In this document: positions 24,901 through 34,952 of the stretch, one piece after another
Layout of the letters: each line of letters starts with the position of its first letter
Numbering within the stretch: position 1 is the first letter of the stretch
Source: Aplysia californica
Taxonomy: Eukaryota
NCBI RefSeq assembly: GCF_000002075.1
Contig: NW_004797288.1
Location: 1,551,787-1,615,359 of the forward strand
Reading direction: 5' to 3'
DNA length: 63,573 nucleotides
The notes under the pieces: generated by a model
What the model saw: the letters and a program-made list of their open reading frames with translations, nothing else
The model's database searches: none
What the model was told of the DNA's origin: nothing
Position numbers and translations under genes: made by a program

Positions 24901-27900
24901 CAATTTTTAATAATAATTATCCATCGCAAAGCAGGGGTGACTCACACCTCAAAAAGTATTGCGCATAACTTCACCAAAATTTTAGCAAAACAAAACAAGT
25001 GATTCAACTAATGGCTCGCCGCTTCCTGTAGCTTGCAACCGAAAAACACAGGAGATATCAATCGATAAAGCGCATCCGCAAATACATAGGATTATGCCAC
25101 AGGGGCCGGCGGCGTGTCCTGTAAATATACGGGAATAGGCTCAAGTGAGTTAAGGTCATACCAATAGCTCCACATGCCTAAGAACAGACGAGCGCCTAAA
25201 TGCACCACGTAGTGACACAATTACATAAATTACACCGATGACGTAGAATCAAAATCACAAAGTCTATTGCATACAATCTTTGAACCTTATTTACACTAAC
25301 AATATTCATTCCAATAATTTATTAGTTCCCTCAACTGCTGCCTCAACAGAATAAAAGAACAAAAAGGAAATAAAAAGATAAATAAACAAAAAAAGGTGCA
25401 AATCTTACAGTGTCATCTATGGCTTCAGGTAGGTCATGTATTCTCTGCATTTCAGCCTGAACATTCTTGTGCGTGGCAGTCATGGAAACGATGTCATTTT
25501 CCAAATGACTTCCAGTTGAACTTCGGGTACTAGATTTCTAGGTGAGACATGAAAGATCAAATGAACATTTCCTAACCTTTCATCCTTTCCCTTTTTTTCC
25601 CACTGACTATTTCAATGAGCAATACACCCGTTAATTGTTCAATTTTAATCTCTTTCTGACATATTCACAGTTCAAGAAGTAGGCCTATCAAAGTCCACAC
25701 TTTTGAAAATAGCTTGACTGTAAAAATTTCGAAAATCAAAGACCAAACACTGTACCAAAAAGGCTCAAGTTGTAGTCATCACCCTTTTGATCTGAAATTA
25801 AAGTACCATAAAAGGAAGTAAAAAAGAAAGTAGAACACATAACTGAATTATCACCAACAGTCGTCTACTTCAAGACTTACTGCTCATTTGAATCATTAGA
25901 ATATGTGACAAAATAATCAAAACAAAGGTAATCGCCTCCAAACTTACAAAAGAGTTGTATAAAAGCTAAAAAAAATCAAACCTGCGTATGAATAGTGAAA
26001 AGACATTAAAGACGGTCAGTTCCCATAAAATTGTCATAAATGTGAGTAAGAAGGATGATGAGCAAAAACTGAAGAAAAAAAATATCGCTCAAGAAAATTG
26101 TATAGAACGAATTCATAAATGGAAAAGAAGAGGTTAATATTTAAGGCAGAAAACCTGAGTTTAAAAATCTCTCCGGGACCTACCCCTCTTCCTTTGCCTT
26201 TTTTCATTGGTGTAGCGTACAGGTCACTGATATCTCCTCCACCTCCCCTTGCCGAGTCTGGGTCACCAAATCCTTCTAAATCTCCTGCAACACATCAACA
26301 CATGGTTCAGTCATGAAGAAACAAGACAGATTGAGACGACCAGGAAACGATAATACATTTTTGGGCATAAGAATATATTCAGAGCAGAAATTCAATATTC
26401 ACCCACCTTCATGTCCTTAGAACCTCCAAGATTCAACATTGCAATCCACTGAAATATACACGACATGTAATCTGTTGCATCAGAAACAAAGACTACAGGA
26501 ATAAAAATCATTGTTAAAAATATCATTTGAACAGGATTTGAAAATTTTAAAATGCAATTTGTTCATCAGATACTGGTATCTGTACAGCAAGTTAAAAAAA
26601 AAAATCCCAAGATTTCTTAATGTAAATACGAAGAATAAAACATCACCAGGTGAAAGATCAAACAACTTTCTTAAATTTCAATATAGACAATATCATATGT
26701 GAGGCATCGTGGTGAAATCAGGCACTCGTCAAAATCATGATATCTAGTTTTACTTTTTATGTCTATTTACAATCAAATTTCGGTGTGGATTTTACTGAAA
26801 AACATAGATTAAAGGCACTACAACAAATGTAAATGTTCAGTTTCCAAGGACTCTCAAGCTTTGGAAATCCCCAAACTTTGGCGGCCATTTTCTTGCTAAT
26901 TTTACCTTTGAAACTAGGGGACCCCGACCTCCTTCAATCACAAATATCTTGACTTCTATTTAAGATAAGTGTTTTTTTTTTCGAAATATAGTCAAACGAT
27001 CAAGCTTTAAGATGATATCAATAAATCAAGATGCCCAATAATGGACGGGCGCCTGATTCTACCAAGTCTTGACACATTTCATAGGTAATATTTGTACTGC
27101 CATTCATTTTACTTGTAAGACCAGCAACTATATGTATATTTAACCAGTCAGAGAGTATACAATAAACGATAGACCCATGAAAATTACTCATTTAAAAATA
27201 AACATTCTTACCAGGTTCGGCATAGTGTCCCACACTGCCAGAGTAGCGAAATTGAGGTGGTACCGTGTTCCCTCCTTTCCTCTGCCTATCTCTGTTTGGC
27301 CAGGTACCGAAGTTCACTTTGCTATACCTGAGAGTAAACATTATCTAATNNNNNNNNNNNNNNNNNNNNNNNNNNNNNNNNNNNNNNNNNNNNNNNNNNN
27401 NNNNNNNNNNNNNNNNNNNNNNNNNNNNNNNNNNNNNNNNNNNNNNNNNNNNNNNNNNNNNNNNNNNNNNNNNNNNNNNNNNNNNNNNNNNNNNNNNNNN
27501 NNNNNNNNNNNNNNNNNNNNNNNNNNNNNNNNNNNNNNNNNNNNNNNNNNNNNNNNNNNGGGACTGAAGGTTACCCCAAAAATTAGTTTGTGTAAATAAA
27601 ATGATATACTTCCCAAGTAAACACATTAAACCAAAAGTAGTCCCCATATGGAAAGCTTATAAACTAGATGGTAGTCCAGTTATGATAAGGTCATCAAATA
27701 CACATGTTTTATTATAACCTGTCCCAAAATCATAGAAAATATCATGAAAGTTATGATAAAGTGTTTGTGTAACATACTCTGAATAAAGCACACATTCAGA
27801 TACAAAGTATGTGTTCATTTTTCTTGACTCTAAGTCCTGAAATACCTTGCTAGAAAACTCCTGTAGGAAGTATCAAGAAAACGACAATTTTTTTGTGAAA

Positions 27901-30256
27901 AGGACATTAGCACTTAAATAGAACACAAAAATGTTATTTTCAGAGAAAGTTCAAGTCTTTATACAGATTCCTATAAATTAAACACAGACGTCATAAGGAC
28001 AGGCACATACAGGAAAAAAATAAAATAAAGTTTGAAACAATGTAAATCCAAATCTAAGACAAGGAATAAAGAATGAGGTGAAAATTTATCTAAAAAAAGC
28101 TCAATACTTTCTCTCACAACAAAATCATTATAGTGTCATCTTGGTGGTTTTTCGTAAAAAAAAAAATGGGTTCCTCACCCTAGCTCATCTATTTGCTGGT
28201 AGTCAAAGAGGCTACTCTCTGGTTCACTAAATTCATCCCTCGGAGACTCTGGATGGCCCAGAATCCTGGGAGGAGACGACGCTCTCGGCCTCTGGGATGG
28301 TGCGGAACCCCCAGCAGGCATGGTGGCTGAGACTGCACGGGACTGTGGGACAGCTGTGAACACTGGGGCAGACATTACACCTTGGGCCACCTGCGATGAA
28401 AGTAAAAAAAAAAAAAAAAAATAAAAACCAGGCAAATTGTAACTTTCCCTGGAAAAGATATACTATGTGAACCAAACACAGAAGCACCCATGATATTCGT
28501 ATGTTGTCTAGCATGTTAGTTAGCCAGCTGAACATTACAATCTTGAGAGCAAACTGATTTTTTAACTCTAAATGTACACATTATGAAAATGAAAATGAAC
28601 AAAGAAAACCTGGTTTTGCATTCTCCTACTGAAAAGCATGAAATGTTTCTCTATCATGCACTGCTCTCAGCAGTGCAAAGTATGAGTCTGATTTCATTTA
28701 CTGGCCACCTGATACATAGTTTAACACATTTGGACACAAGATAGAGCTTTGTAGTTGTGTTTGTATAGAGTGTTCTTGTTGAGAAATCCTAACAGGCAAA
28801 ATTTAAGTGTTTTCAAAGGATAAAAGATTTTCTATCATATGTGAGGCACCATGGTGGTATCAGGCGCTCGTCAAAATAATGAAATCAAAGAAACTGGCAT
28901 TTTTCTGCCCGACAGGTAATTTTTATAGAAATTTTGTTTTTAAACTCGAGGCTATTTAGGATCAATTAACAAACATATTTCTGTGCGAATAACCAAATTT
29001 TACTGAAAAACGTTGATTAAAGGCACATAGAATGCAAATTTGCAGTTTTCAAGGACTCTCAAAATTTGGATGTCACCAAACTTTGGTAGCTATTTTTTCT
29101 CTAATTTTACCTCTGAAACCAGGCGACCCTGACCTCCTTAAACCACAAATATTTCAACTTTCATTTAAGATAGATGGAACATTTTTTCACCAAAATAAGG
29201 AAGACAAATGAACAGGTTTTAATATGATACCAATAACCCCATATATGCCCAAAGATTGATGAGCGCCTGATTCCACCCCGTCGTAACACAAAATTACTTA
29301 ATAAAATCATTCATTACTTTCCCCAAATGACACAAAAATTCCGACTGTTAATCCCACAAGGACTGCAAATTACAGGTAGACTAACATTCATTACGTAGTT
29401 TATATAATTTAAAATATTTTTTGTGAGCCTCTGAGATGAGATCAGTGATGATATTTAACAACTTATTTTGAGACAGTGAATTCCAAATGTTACCGTATGA
29501 TTCACAGGCAAGTGTAATGATTAAGTAATAATAAGAGTGGGTGCTTTTTCGGTAGTTCCCACCCCCTTTATTTGAGCCTAGATCTACATCTAGATCTAGA
29601 TCTATACGTTTGATGCACGGCGAGCTAAGATATCAAACCTAACAACTGCAAAACATCAATTTATGGTAAAATCAGGGGGGCATCGCCCCTGAAACCCCCC
29701 ACCTTATTTTTATTAGCTTGCCCCCCTGAAACCCCCCTACTCTTGGGGCCAAAACCCACGAATAACAATTGCGGGGTGGGAACTACCGAAAAAGCGCCTA
29801 AAAATTATAATGAATAATATAATGCACACATTTTCTTTTACCAACTTCCGAATTCAATTCCCTTCACTTCGATTTATCCAAACTAGAGAGATAAAGAATG
29901 AGTATACCCGTACTGTATAGAACAGTTACATTACGGGGTTCTCCCTTTAAAATTTAAAAATTAAAATAAAAAGGATTGGCCCCATTGGCCTATCCTGTAG
30001 ACAAGGAGAAGAAATTTGGACACATAGATAGGATTGGCCACCTCCATTATCACTAGCGCAGGCGAGTCTTTTGGCTATTCTCACCCGGTGTGCATTTACC
30101 GTTACCTAGATCTAGGCCAACCAATTTTGCGATCACCCTGAACCACAGAATCCTACACTGTGATATAACAGAAAAATTGTAGAATTCTGTGCCGTGAACA
30201 AACGTTCTATTACTACTGTTAGCCTTTTAAGCGTACAATTTTGTCTGTGGGCGCAG

Positions 30257-30333
<77 letters not shown>

Positions 30334-31713
30334 GAGTAGCGCGAGAACTTCCATGCAAAACAAAATGGCGACCCGCGTAGTTCGGCTCGACTCGAAAAGT
30401 TAAATATAGCCGAAGCATCTTTGCAGACGACCAAATTAATTTACTTTTATGTTTTAACATCATTTTTTAACTTTGTTTTGGTCAATTTGATCGTCCACAC
30501 CGATAGACAGTATTCAGAAAGAGACAGAGAGAGAGAAGGGGAGGAGTAGATCTTGCGAGAACTTCCGGGCAAAACAAAATGGCGACCAGCGTAGTTCGAC
30601 TCGATTCGAAAAGTGAAATAGCCATAGCATCTTTGTAGCCGATCAAATTAGCCTACTTTTGTGCTATAACGTAATTTTTTCTTTGCTTTTATCCATTTGA
30701 TCATCCACACCGATAGAAAATATTCCGAAATTAGGAAAAACAGGTCTTGTTTCACACCGGGTGAGAATAGTCTACGGTGGCAAGTCTCACCCGGGTTGAG
30801 AGGTCGATCGTACTTTTATTCTCACCCCGGGTGAGGATAGCCACTTCTGATAGGATTATAGGCCTAGGTAGAACTGGTAGTCAGGTAAAAGTAGCAGTTG
30901 CTCCCTCTTTCCATGTCCAAGGACCTGATATCACTTTCACTGTCCGGCACTACTTGGATATGGTGGCCCCGACTTTTGCGTAGTGTAGGCAACTGAAATA
31001 TCGATACTGATTCAAATAGTCGGTATCAATGTTTTATGTTTTATCAGTAGCCTAGATTCTAAATCTAGATCTGGATCTAGATCTAGATCTAGCCTACAAA
31101 ATGAGCAGTAAAATTTCACTTGTATTTCACAAAGCAAGGGGGGTTGCCCCCCTGACTTAAAAAAACAACAAAACATGGGGTGTCTCAGGGGGGCATCTCT
31201 GAATTTGACCATGATTTGATGTTTTTTTGCAATTAGGTTTGAAAGGCTATCTCTCCGGCACGCGAATCAAAAAGTAATCCTTTAGTGTAGTTAGACTGAG
31301 AACCAGAAGTAATCGTTCTAGATTTTCTCAAGGTTAAGTTATATTTCCCAGTCACAAAATTCGGGACCACCATATCCAAGTAGTGCCCACTGTCCATTAG
31401 CAGTTAATAGTTAACAAAATAGACTTCATTAATTTTAAAGTTTACCAGTAGTAAGTAGTCTGCCTAAAGAAAGTAAAAGTAAAAGTTTACGAAGTCAAAC
31501 AAGTCTCGGCGCGTCAAGAATCTTTCAAAACAAAGAATCTGTGGCGAAATACAAAATGAGCTCCCTACAATACAAAACAACGCATGCAATAAGATTCTCG
31601 CTACGAGTTGGTGTGTCATCTGTTAAGAATAGTACGTATGGTCCTGAAAAACTCACCGGCCCAGTGGTTTTCCCTTTCCCTTTGCCTTTCTTTCCCACCA
31701 TCTTGGATTCCAT
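2696..31713 (-). CDS. CEP89: Centrosomal protein of 89 kDa (CCDC123) orthologue; 21 coding exons in window, 3' end off-window
   Basis: The spliced translation contains [76 protein letters not shown] and GKLEEKLK. These match, in order, my recollection of human CEP89 ([77 protein letters not shown]). All introns are GT-AG and phases are compatible. Confidence 0.95.
3217..3263 (-). CDS. CEP89: CEP89 exon 20 (LYRMKASAKINTVAD)
   Basis: TAG/GTAAG, 47 nt, phase 0 to 2. Confidence 0.88.
3653..3742 (-). CDS. CEP89: CEP89 exon 19 (AREQQEENK...GKLEEKLK)
   Basis: CAG acceptor, weak GTTTTT donor, 90 nt. Confidence 0.88.
4004..4364 (+). mobile_element. 5'-truncated RTE-clade LINE
   Basis: Encodes LRWYGHVTRSTGLAKTILQGTVQGKRKRGRQRRRWEDNI (RTE C-terminus), (GAA)n tail, 9-bp TSD GTTGTCTTA (3995-4003 / 4365-4373). 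Confidence 0.9.
5182..5223 (-). CDS. CEP89: CEP89 exon 18 (AEKTALERDTVYKV)
   Basis: CAG/GTAGGT, 42 nt; compare human AENITQERDSL. Confidence 0.88.
6012..6111 (-). CDS. CEP89: CEP89 exon 17 (HAQQKMTVL...LANVIKV)
   Basis: TAG/GTAAGT, 100 nt, phase 2 to 0. Confidence 0.9.
6770..6873 (-). CDS. CEP89: CEP89 exon 16 (ASEQERKSQ...MQKSV)
   Basis: CAG/GTGAGT, 104 nt, phase 0 to 2. Confidence 0.9.
6921..7140 (-). repeat. About 200-bp interspersed repeat (other copies 22160-22335 minus, 42461-42645 plus)
   Basis: Three clearly similar copies sharing TTCTTTCCYATYAAACATMTATCRTC...CTTCTTTTT. Confidence 0.85.
7879..7942 (-). CDS. CEP89: CEP89 exon 15 (SVTEEKEQYERE...KLQ)
   Basis: TAG/GTAC, 64 nt, phase 2 to 0. 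Confidence 0.88.
8278..8742 (+). mobile_element. tRNA-derived SINE with internal 41-bp tandem expansion
   Basis: A-box-like TGGCGGAGCGG (8287-8297), B-box-like GGTTTGAGCC (8330-8339), ACTTTACTTT tail, possible TSD ATCTTTTTT. Confidence 0.8.
8398..8680 (+). repeat. Minisatellite: one 37-bp plus six 41-bp units AAAGGAACTGGCTGGCCACCCAACCACAATACGCCGAAGGC
   Basis: Near-perfect head-to-tail units with no spacers. Confidence 0.95.
9308..9488 (-). CDS. CEP89: CEP89 exon 14 (SRLAKKLA...LADLK)
   Basis: CAG/GTGAGT, 181 nt, phase 1 to 2. Confidence 0.92.
10090..10335 (+). mobile_element. Degraded RTE-like LINE 3' fragment
   Basis: KKVLDWSLRGKRSTGVPCRTWSR...TWNNVKRLSQGREMWKVFVCGL resembles the RTE C-terminus. 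Confidence 0.75.
10840..10955 (-). CDS. CEP89: CEP89 exon 13 ([16 protein letters not shown]...HMAE)
   Basis: CAG/GTGAGT, 116 nt, phase 2 to 1. Confidence 0.93.
11495..12320. mobile_element. PIF/Harbinger deletion derivative
   Basis: Imperfect ~40-bp TIRs. Plus-strand MADF start MKPDVLIAAVQKRPGLYDKTDSNYS (11724-11798). Minus-strand transposase-like PKSATNVVKAIKVRHNFILIH (~12115-12180). Confidence 0.75.
12840..12949 (-). CDS. CEP89: CEP89 exon 12 (NELASLRKRAEEILKENQ...TSE)
   Basis: CAG/GTGAGT, 110 nt, phase 0 to 2. Confidence 0.9.
13225..13754. mobile_element. Rearranged MITE family A: right half forward (13225-13429) plus left half inverted (13578-13754)
   Basis: Identical TTGACGAGAGCCTGATTCCACCACGCTGCCTCACA followed by TA at both 13395 and 13720. 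Confidence 0.8.
13836..13919 (-). CDS. CEP89: CEP89 exon 11 ([15 protein letters not shown]...DSK)
   Basis: CAG/GTAGC, 84 nt. Confidence 0.92.
14448..14498 (-). CDS. CEP89: CEP89 exon 10 ([17 protein letters not shown])
   Basis: CAG/GTAAGT, 51 nt, conserved GLPSKGP.P.WL. Confidence 0.93.
14535..14963 (+). mobile_element. MITE family A copy
   Basis: TGTGAGGCATCATGGTG...GATTCCACCGAGTCATTACACA degenerate TIRs; internal CTTTGGCGGCCATTTT. Confidence 0.8.
16290..16444 (-). CDS. CEP89: CEP89 exon 9 (DIEGAQTLYVRRQ...[15 protein letters not shown]...KK)
   Basis: AAG/GTCGGT, 155 nt, conserved VHRLNVELS motif. Confidence 0.93.
17060..17206 (-). CDS. CEP89: CEP89 exon 8 (ARSARSRTP...EAIRDG)
   Basis: CAG/GTAAG, 147 nt, phase 1 to 1, coiled-coil-like. 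Confidence 0.9.
18849..18917. repeat. (TG)n microsatellite
   Basis: Direct reading. Confidence 0.95.
20469..20759 (-). CDS. CEP89: CEP89 exon 7, symmetric, possibly alternative (DSLMEDPEEE...QQAKPT)
   Basis: TAG/GTATG, 291 nt, phase 1 to 1. GC-rich open frame inside AT-rich intron. No homology that I recognise. Confidence 0.65.
23684..23777 (-). CDS. CEP89: CEP89 exon 6 (MVKSVRHNAH...GSSRP)
   Basis: CAG/GTAAGT, 94 nt. Supplies the phase 0 to 1 change needed to reach downstream exons. Confidence 0.8.
24320..25219 (+). mobile_element. MITE family A copy interrupted by a TTAA element
   Basis: Homology to the other copies resumes directly after 25153. Confidence 0.8.
24644..25149. mobile_element. 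TTAA-targeting (piggyBac-like) MITE
   Basis: Perfect 13-bp TIR CTCACTTGAGCCT / AGGCTCAAGTGAG with TTAA on both sides. Confidence 0.85.
25409..25537 (-). CDS. CEP89: CEP89 exon 5 (KSSTRSS...PEAIDDT)
   Basis: TAG/GTAAG, 129 nt, phase 0 to 0, open frame. Confidence 0.8.
26184..26284 (-). CDS. CEP89: CEP89 exon 4 (DLEGFGD...SDLYATPMKKGKGRG)
   Basis: CAG/GTAGGT, 101 nt, phase 1 to 0. SDLYATP resembles human SDDLYAVP. Confidence 0.85.
26698..27076 (+). mobile_element. MITE family A copy
   Basis: Same TIRs and internal sequence as the other copies. Confidence 0.8.
27212..27327 (-). CDS. CEP89: CEP89 exon 3 (YSKVNFGTWP...GHYAEP)
   Basis: CAG/GTAAG, 116 nt, phase 2 to 1, open frame. Confidence 0.8.
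28179..28390 (-). CDS. CEP89: CEP89 exon 2 (VAQGVMSAPVFTAVP...YQQIDELG)
   Basis: Poly-T plus CAG acceptor, GTGAGG donor, 212 nt, phase 0 to 2. Confidence 0.85.
28840..29290 (+). mobile_element. MITE family A copy
   Basis: TGTGAGGCACCATGGTGGTATCAGGCGCTCGTCAA ... TTGATGAGCGCCTGATTCCACC. Confidence 0.8.
29540..29798. mobile_element. MITE with 26-bp TIR
   Basis: GGTGCTTTTTCGGTAGTTCCCACCCC / GGGGTGGGAACTACCGAAAAAGCGCC. Confidence 0.8.
30072..30842. mobile_element. MITE with internal ~200-bp duplication and (GA)n
   Basis: TIR GGCTATTCTCACCCGG / CCGGGTGAGGATAGCC. Direct repeats at ~30331-30520 and ~30541-30730. (GA)n at 30259-30328. Confidence 0.75.
31657..31713 (-). CDS. CEP89: CEP89 exon 1 (MESKMVGKKGKGKGKTTGP)
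   Basis: ATG at 31713 (second in-frame ATG at 31701). Donor GTGAGT, phase 0, joins exon 2 in frame. Basic N-terminus as in vertebrate CEP89. Confidence 0.75.
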
Positions 31714-31721
31714 GTAAACAA
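31706..31721. promoter_or_regulatory. X-box-like and forkhead-like motif over the first ATG
   Basis: Minus strand GTTTAC-AT-GGAATC is 2 mismatches from the RFX consensus GTTNCC-AT-GGNAAC. Plus strand TGTAAACA is the FOX core. Could be chance. Confidence 0.3.
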
Positions 31722-31807
31722 TCCCATCTGCGCAAGCCCAGACAAGAATTTAACAGTACCAAAGAAGAGCTCCAATTCGGTCTAGCTTTTGTTTCGCGTT
31801 ATATTAT

Positions 31808-33955
31808 ATCATCATTGAGGGGCAGATGTGCGACAGACATCGGCGATCATGGTTCTCAATTCATTTCTTTGCTCGGATGCTCTTAAAAAAGCTACATTGC
31901 CCTGATCTTTTCCTATTACCCATTTGTTTAGCTTCCCTAAGTAGGTTGCTCCAGCCTACCCCTGCCTCGTTTGCCTTCAATTTTGCCAGTAAGAGCTAGA
32001 TTTTCAAGATCCTTATGTCTATAAAAATAATTCAGGAGTCCCAAAAACTGCATTTGTCTTTTTTTGATGATTTTTTACAGTGAGCGTCCCACGTTGGTTT
32101 CATCAAGCACTACCTCATTTGATTTCTTTTCCTTCCACGATACTCTTAGCAGTCTCCTAAGAAAACACATTTCTGTTGCTTCTATTTTATTGTCACTCTC
32201 TTTAGTGATTGTCCAGCGTTCACAGCCATAGAAGGGTTGACCACACATAGCATTTCAAAACTTTCATTTTGGTAGTCATTGAGATGTTTCTATTTCTCAG
32301 GATTGGGTTCATTTTTTAAATTGAAACTAACCTTAGCCATTGTAATTCTCCGTTTTATTTCTGTGGAACATTTGGCATCAGATGTTATCATATATCCTAG
32401 ATATTTAAACTAGTGGACTTGTTTAATCTTTTCACCTTTGTATGAGATTACAAGCTAGGATTTGCTGCTTAAAAAAAATATATTACCATGCATTCTGTTT
32501 TCTTTACATTCAACACTACTCCTTTACGTTCACTTTCTGCTACAAATAAAGTATCTAGAAGCAATTGAAGGTCTTTCTCTGAACCTGCTATTAAAACTGT
32601 GTCATCCGCATCTGATGCTATTAATATTATTTTCTCCATATACTTTGAGACCTGGAGATTCTTCTATGTTTCTAAGGATTATTTCACTGTACATGTTAAA
32701 GAGGTCTGGTGACATAACACATCCTTGCCTCACTCCTCTCCTAATCTGCGTATATTCACCGTATTCTCCATTAATTCGTACAGCAGCGTTTTGGTCCTAG
32801 TACAAATTCCGGATAATTCTTAGATCTTTTTCGTCTACGTTCAGCTTTTCCAGTATTTTAAATTGCTCATCATGTCTAACTTTATCGAACGCCTTTGAAC
32901 AATCTATGGAGCATAAGCATCTTTCTGTGCTTCAATACATCTTTCCATTAACATTATTAAGGGGAATATAGCATTTCTTGTGTCCTTGTCAAGAACAAAG
33001 CTGAATTGTGCTTTAGATATCTCTGGTCTTACACTTTTTCTCAATCTTCCCATAATTACTCGCAGTAATATTTTTGTAAAATGACTCATTAGGCTAATTG
33101 TTCTATGCATATCACACCCAATGGCACCTAGTGTTTTAGGTAAAGCTATAAAAACTGACTTCAGCATATCTTCTGGGATCTTACCGCTGTCAAAAATAGC
33201 ATTTACTATTTAGGAGCTTTGTTTTTATTTCAGTGCCTGGATCTTCAAGCGCGACAATCACTTCAACAGGAATATTATCTGGCTCTGTGGCTTTTTCTTG
33301 TTCCATTTTCCTAATGGCAGCCAGCTTGTACTTCTGCTTGCAGTACTGGTGGTCCATTTATCGGGTTTTCTCCTCTATTATCTTTGAAAAGCTTTTCTAT
33401 GTATTCTGACCATCTGTTTAAGACATCCTCATTGTCCATTAAAATATCTCCTCCTTTTGATCTTATACATCCTGTATTTGAGCGTCATTTATCCCACTTA
33501 CTTCTTTGATTTTTGGAATGCATGTATTTGCTGTCTTTGTTTTGGTTCTTCTCTATTATTGACACTGATCATTTATCCAAGTTTCTTTTGCTTCGTTGCA
33601 GTTTTTCTTTATTTCCCTGTTTAAGATGTTTTACTTTTCCACTTTTGATTTTGCCTGTCTTTTCGCTTCCATTAGTTTTAACATGTCCAGGGTCATCAAT
33701 TTTTTATTTTCTCTTTAGCTTTCGGGGGGACATTTTCTTCCACAGCTTCCATTTATGAGTCTTTTTTCTCCATAGTTCTTCCGATTTAGTAATGTTTTCC
33801 AGAGCTTGAAATTTATTGCTTACATCTATGGAGAAACGTTCTTTCAGTTTTTGATTTGTCTTTAAAAGGTCTAGGTTAAATTTTGGTCGTTACTTTAACT
33901 TTTAAAGTTTCCTCAGTCTCATCTGCAGTTTACAAATGACTGGCACACATGTAAT
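31808..33955 (-). mobile_element. Degraded 5'-truncated RTE-clade LINE (RT region)
   Basis: Frameshifted fragments: VFIALPK...HRTISLMSHFTKILLRVI, GVRQGCV.SPDLFNMYSE, RCG*/YADD region, FKYLGYMIT. Ends in a short TGA-repeat tail. Confidence 0.92.
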
Positions 33956-34076
33956 GTTATTAATACATGTATTGTGTCTGGACAAAACAATAAAATTATT
34001 CACTTGAAGAGCCCAAGAAGACTTCAAAAGAAATCCCCCCCCACACACACACATACACCCCCCATGCGCGCGCGCG

Positions 34077-34117
<41 letters not shown>

Positions 34118-34865
34118 TCACACTAATTCAACTGATCTCTATAGCGTAGCGGTTTATAGACACTTCACTGTCGCACGCAGGAGGCATGCCTTTTTCTGCA
34201 TAGGGGGACTTTTTTTTGCATTAAGCTTCTCCATCTTTCTGCTGGGATGTTGTGTCCCTATCGGCCCGGGGTGTCCCCGACAGGCAAATTCGAGGCAGCC
34301 AACCTCCTAATTGGTCTAATCAGTGTCGAAGGGGTGCAAAACTTCTGCAATTAATTGCATTAAAAAAATACTCATTTGCATTCGAGAACACGCATGGATT
34401 CTTCTAGCATAGTGTTGAGCTACAGTTATTACATGTGCATGCTGGCAAAGTGACAATTTCCTCACACAGGTCTCAAAGTGAATGGGGAAAATATGAACAA
34501 AAAGCCGAAAACACAGTTTAACAGCAGATTCAGCAAAAAGACCTCCGATTCCTTCAAATAGATACTGTTGTGACGGAAAGTGAAGGCAAATGTTTATTGT
34601 TGAATGTAAACGAAACAGAGTGCAGGGGTTTTATTTAAAAATAAAAAAAGCAAAGAAAAGAAAGGAAAAAAGAGCCATAATTCCTATTTATAATATCTTA
34701 AGAAAAAGAAAAGTTCAAATAAGTTTAAAAGTTCAATAGTGTGTATAATTATTAGGATGCTGTAGATTCTATAATTGCCACCGATGTCAAGTATTCTGCG
34801 GGAAATGAAACAACGATAAGCTGTAGCTAAAGACAGTTTCAATAATGAGCTTAGTACTGACTCCC

Positions 34866-34950
<85 letters not shown>
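34866..34950. repeat. (TGTC)n microsatellite
   Basis: Direct reading. Confidence 0.95.
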
Positions 34951-34952
<2 letters not shown>

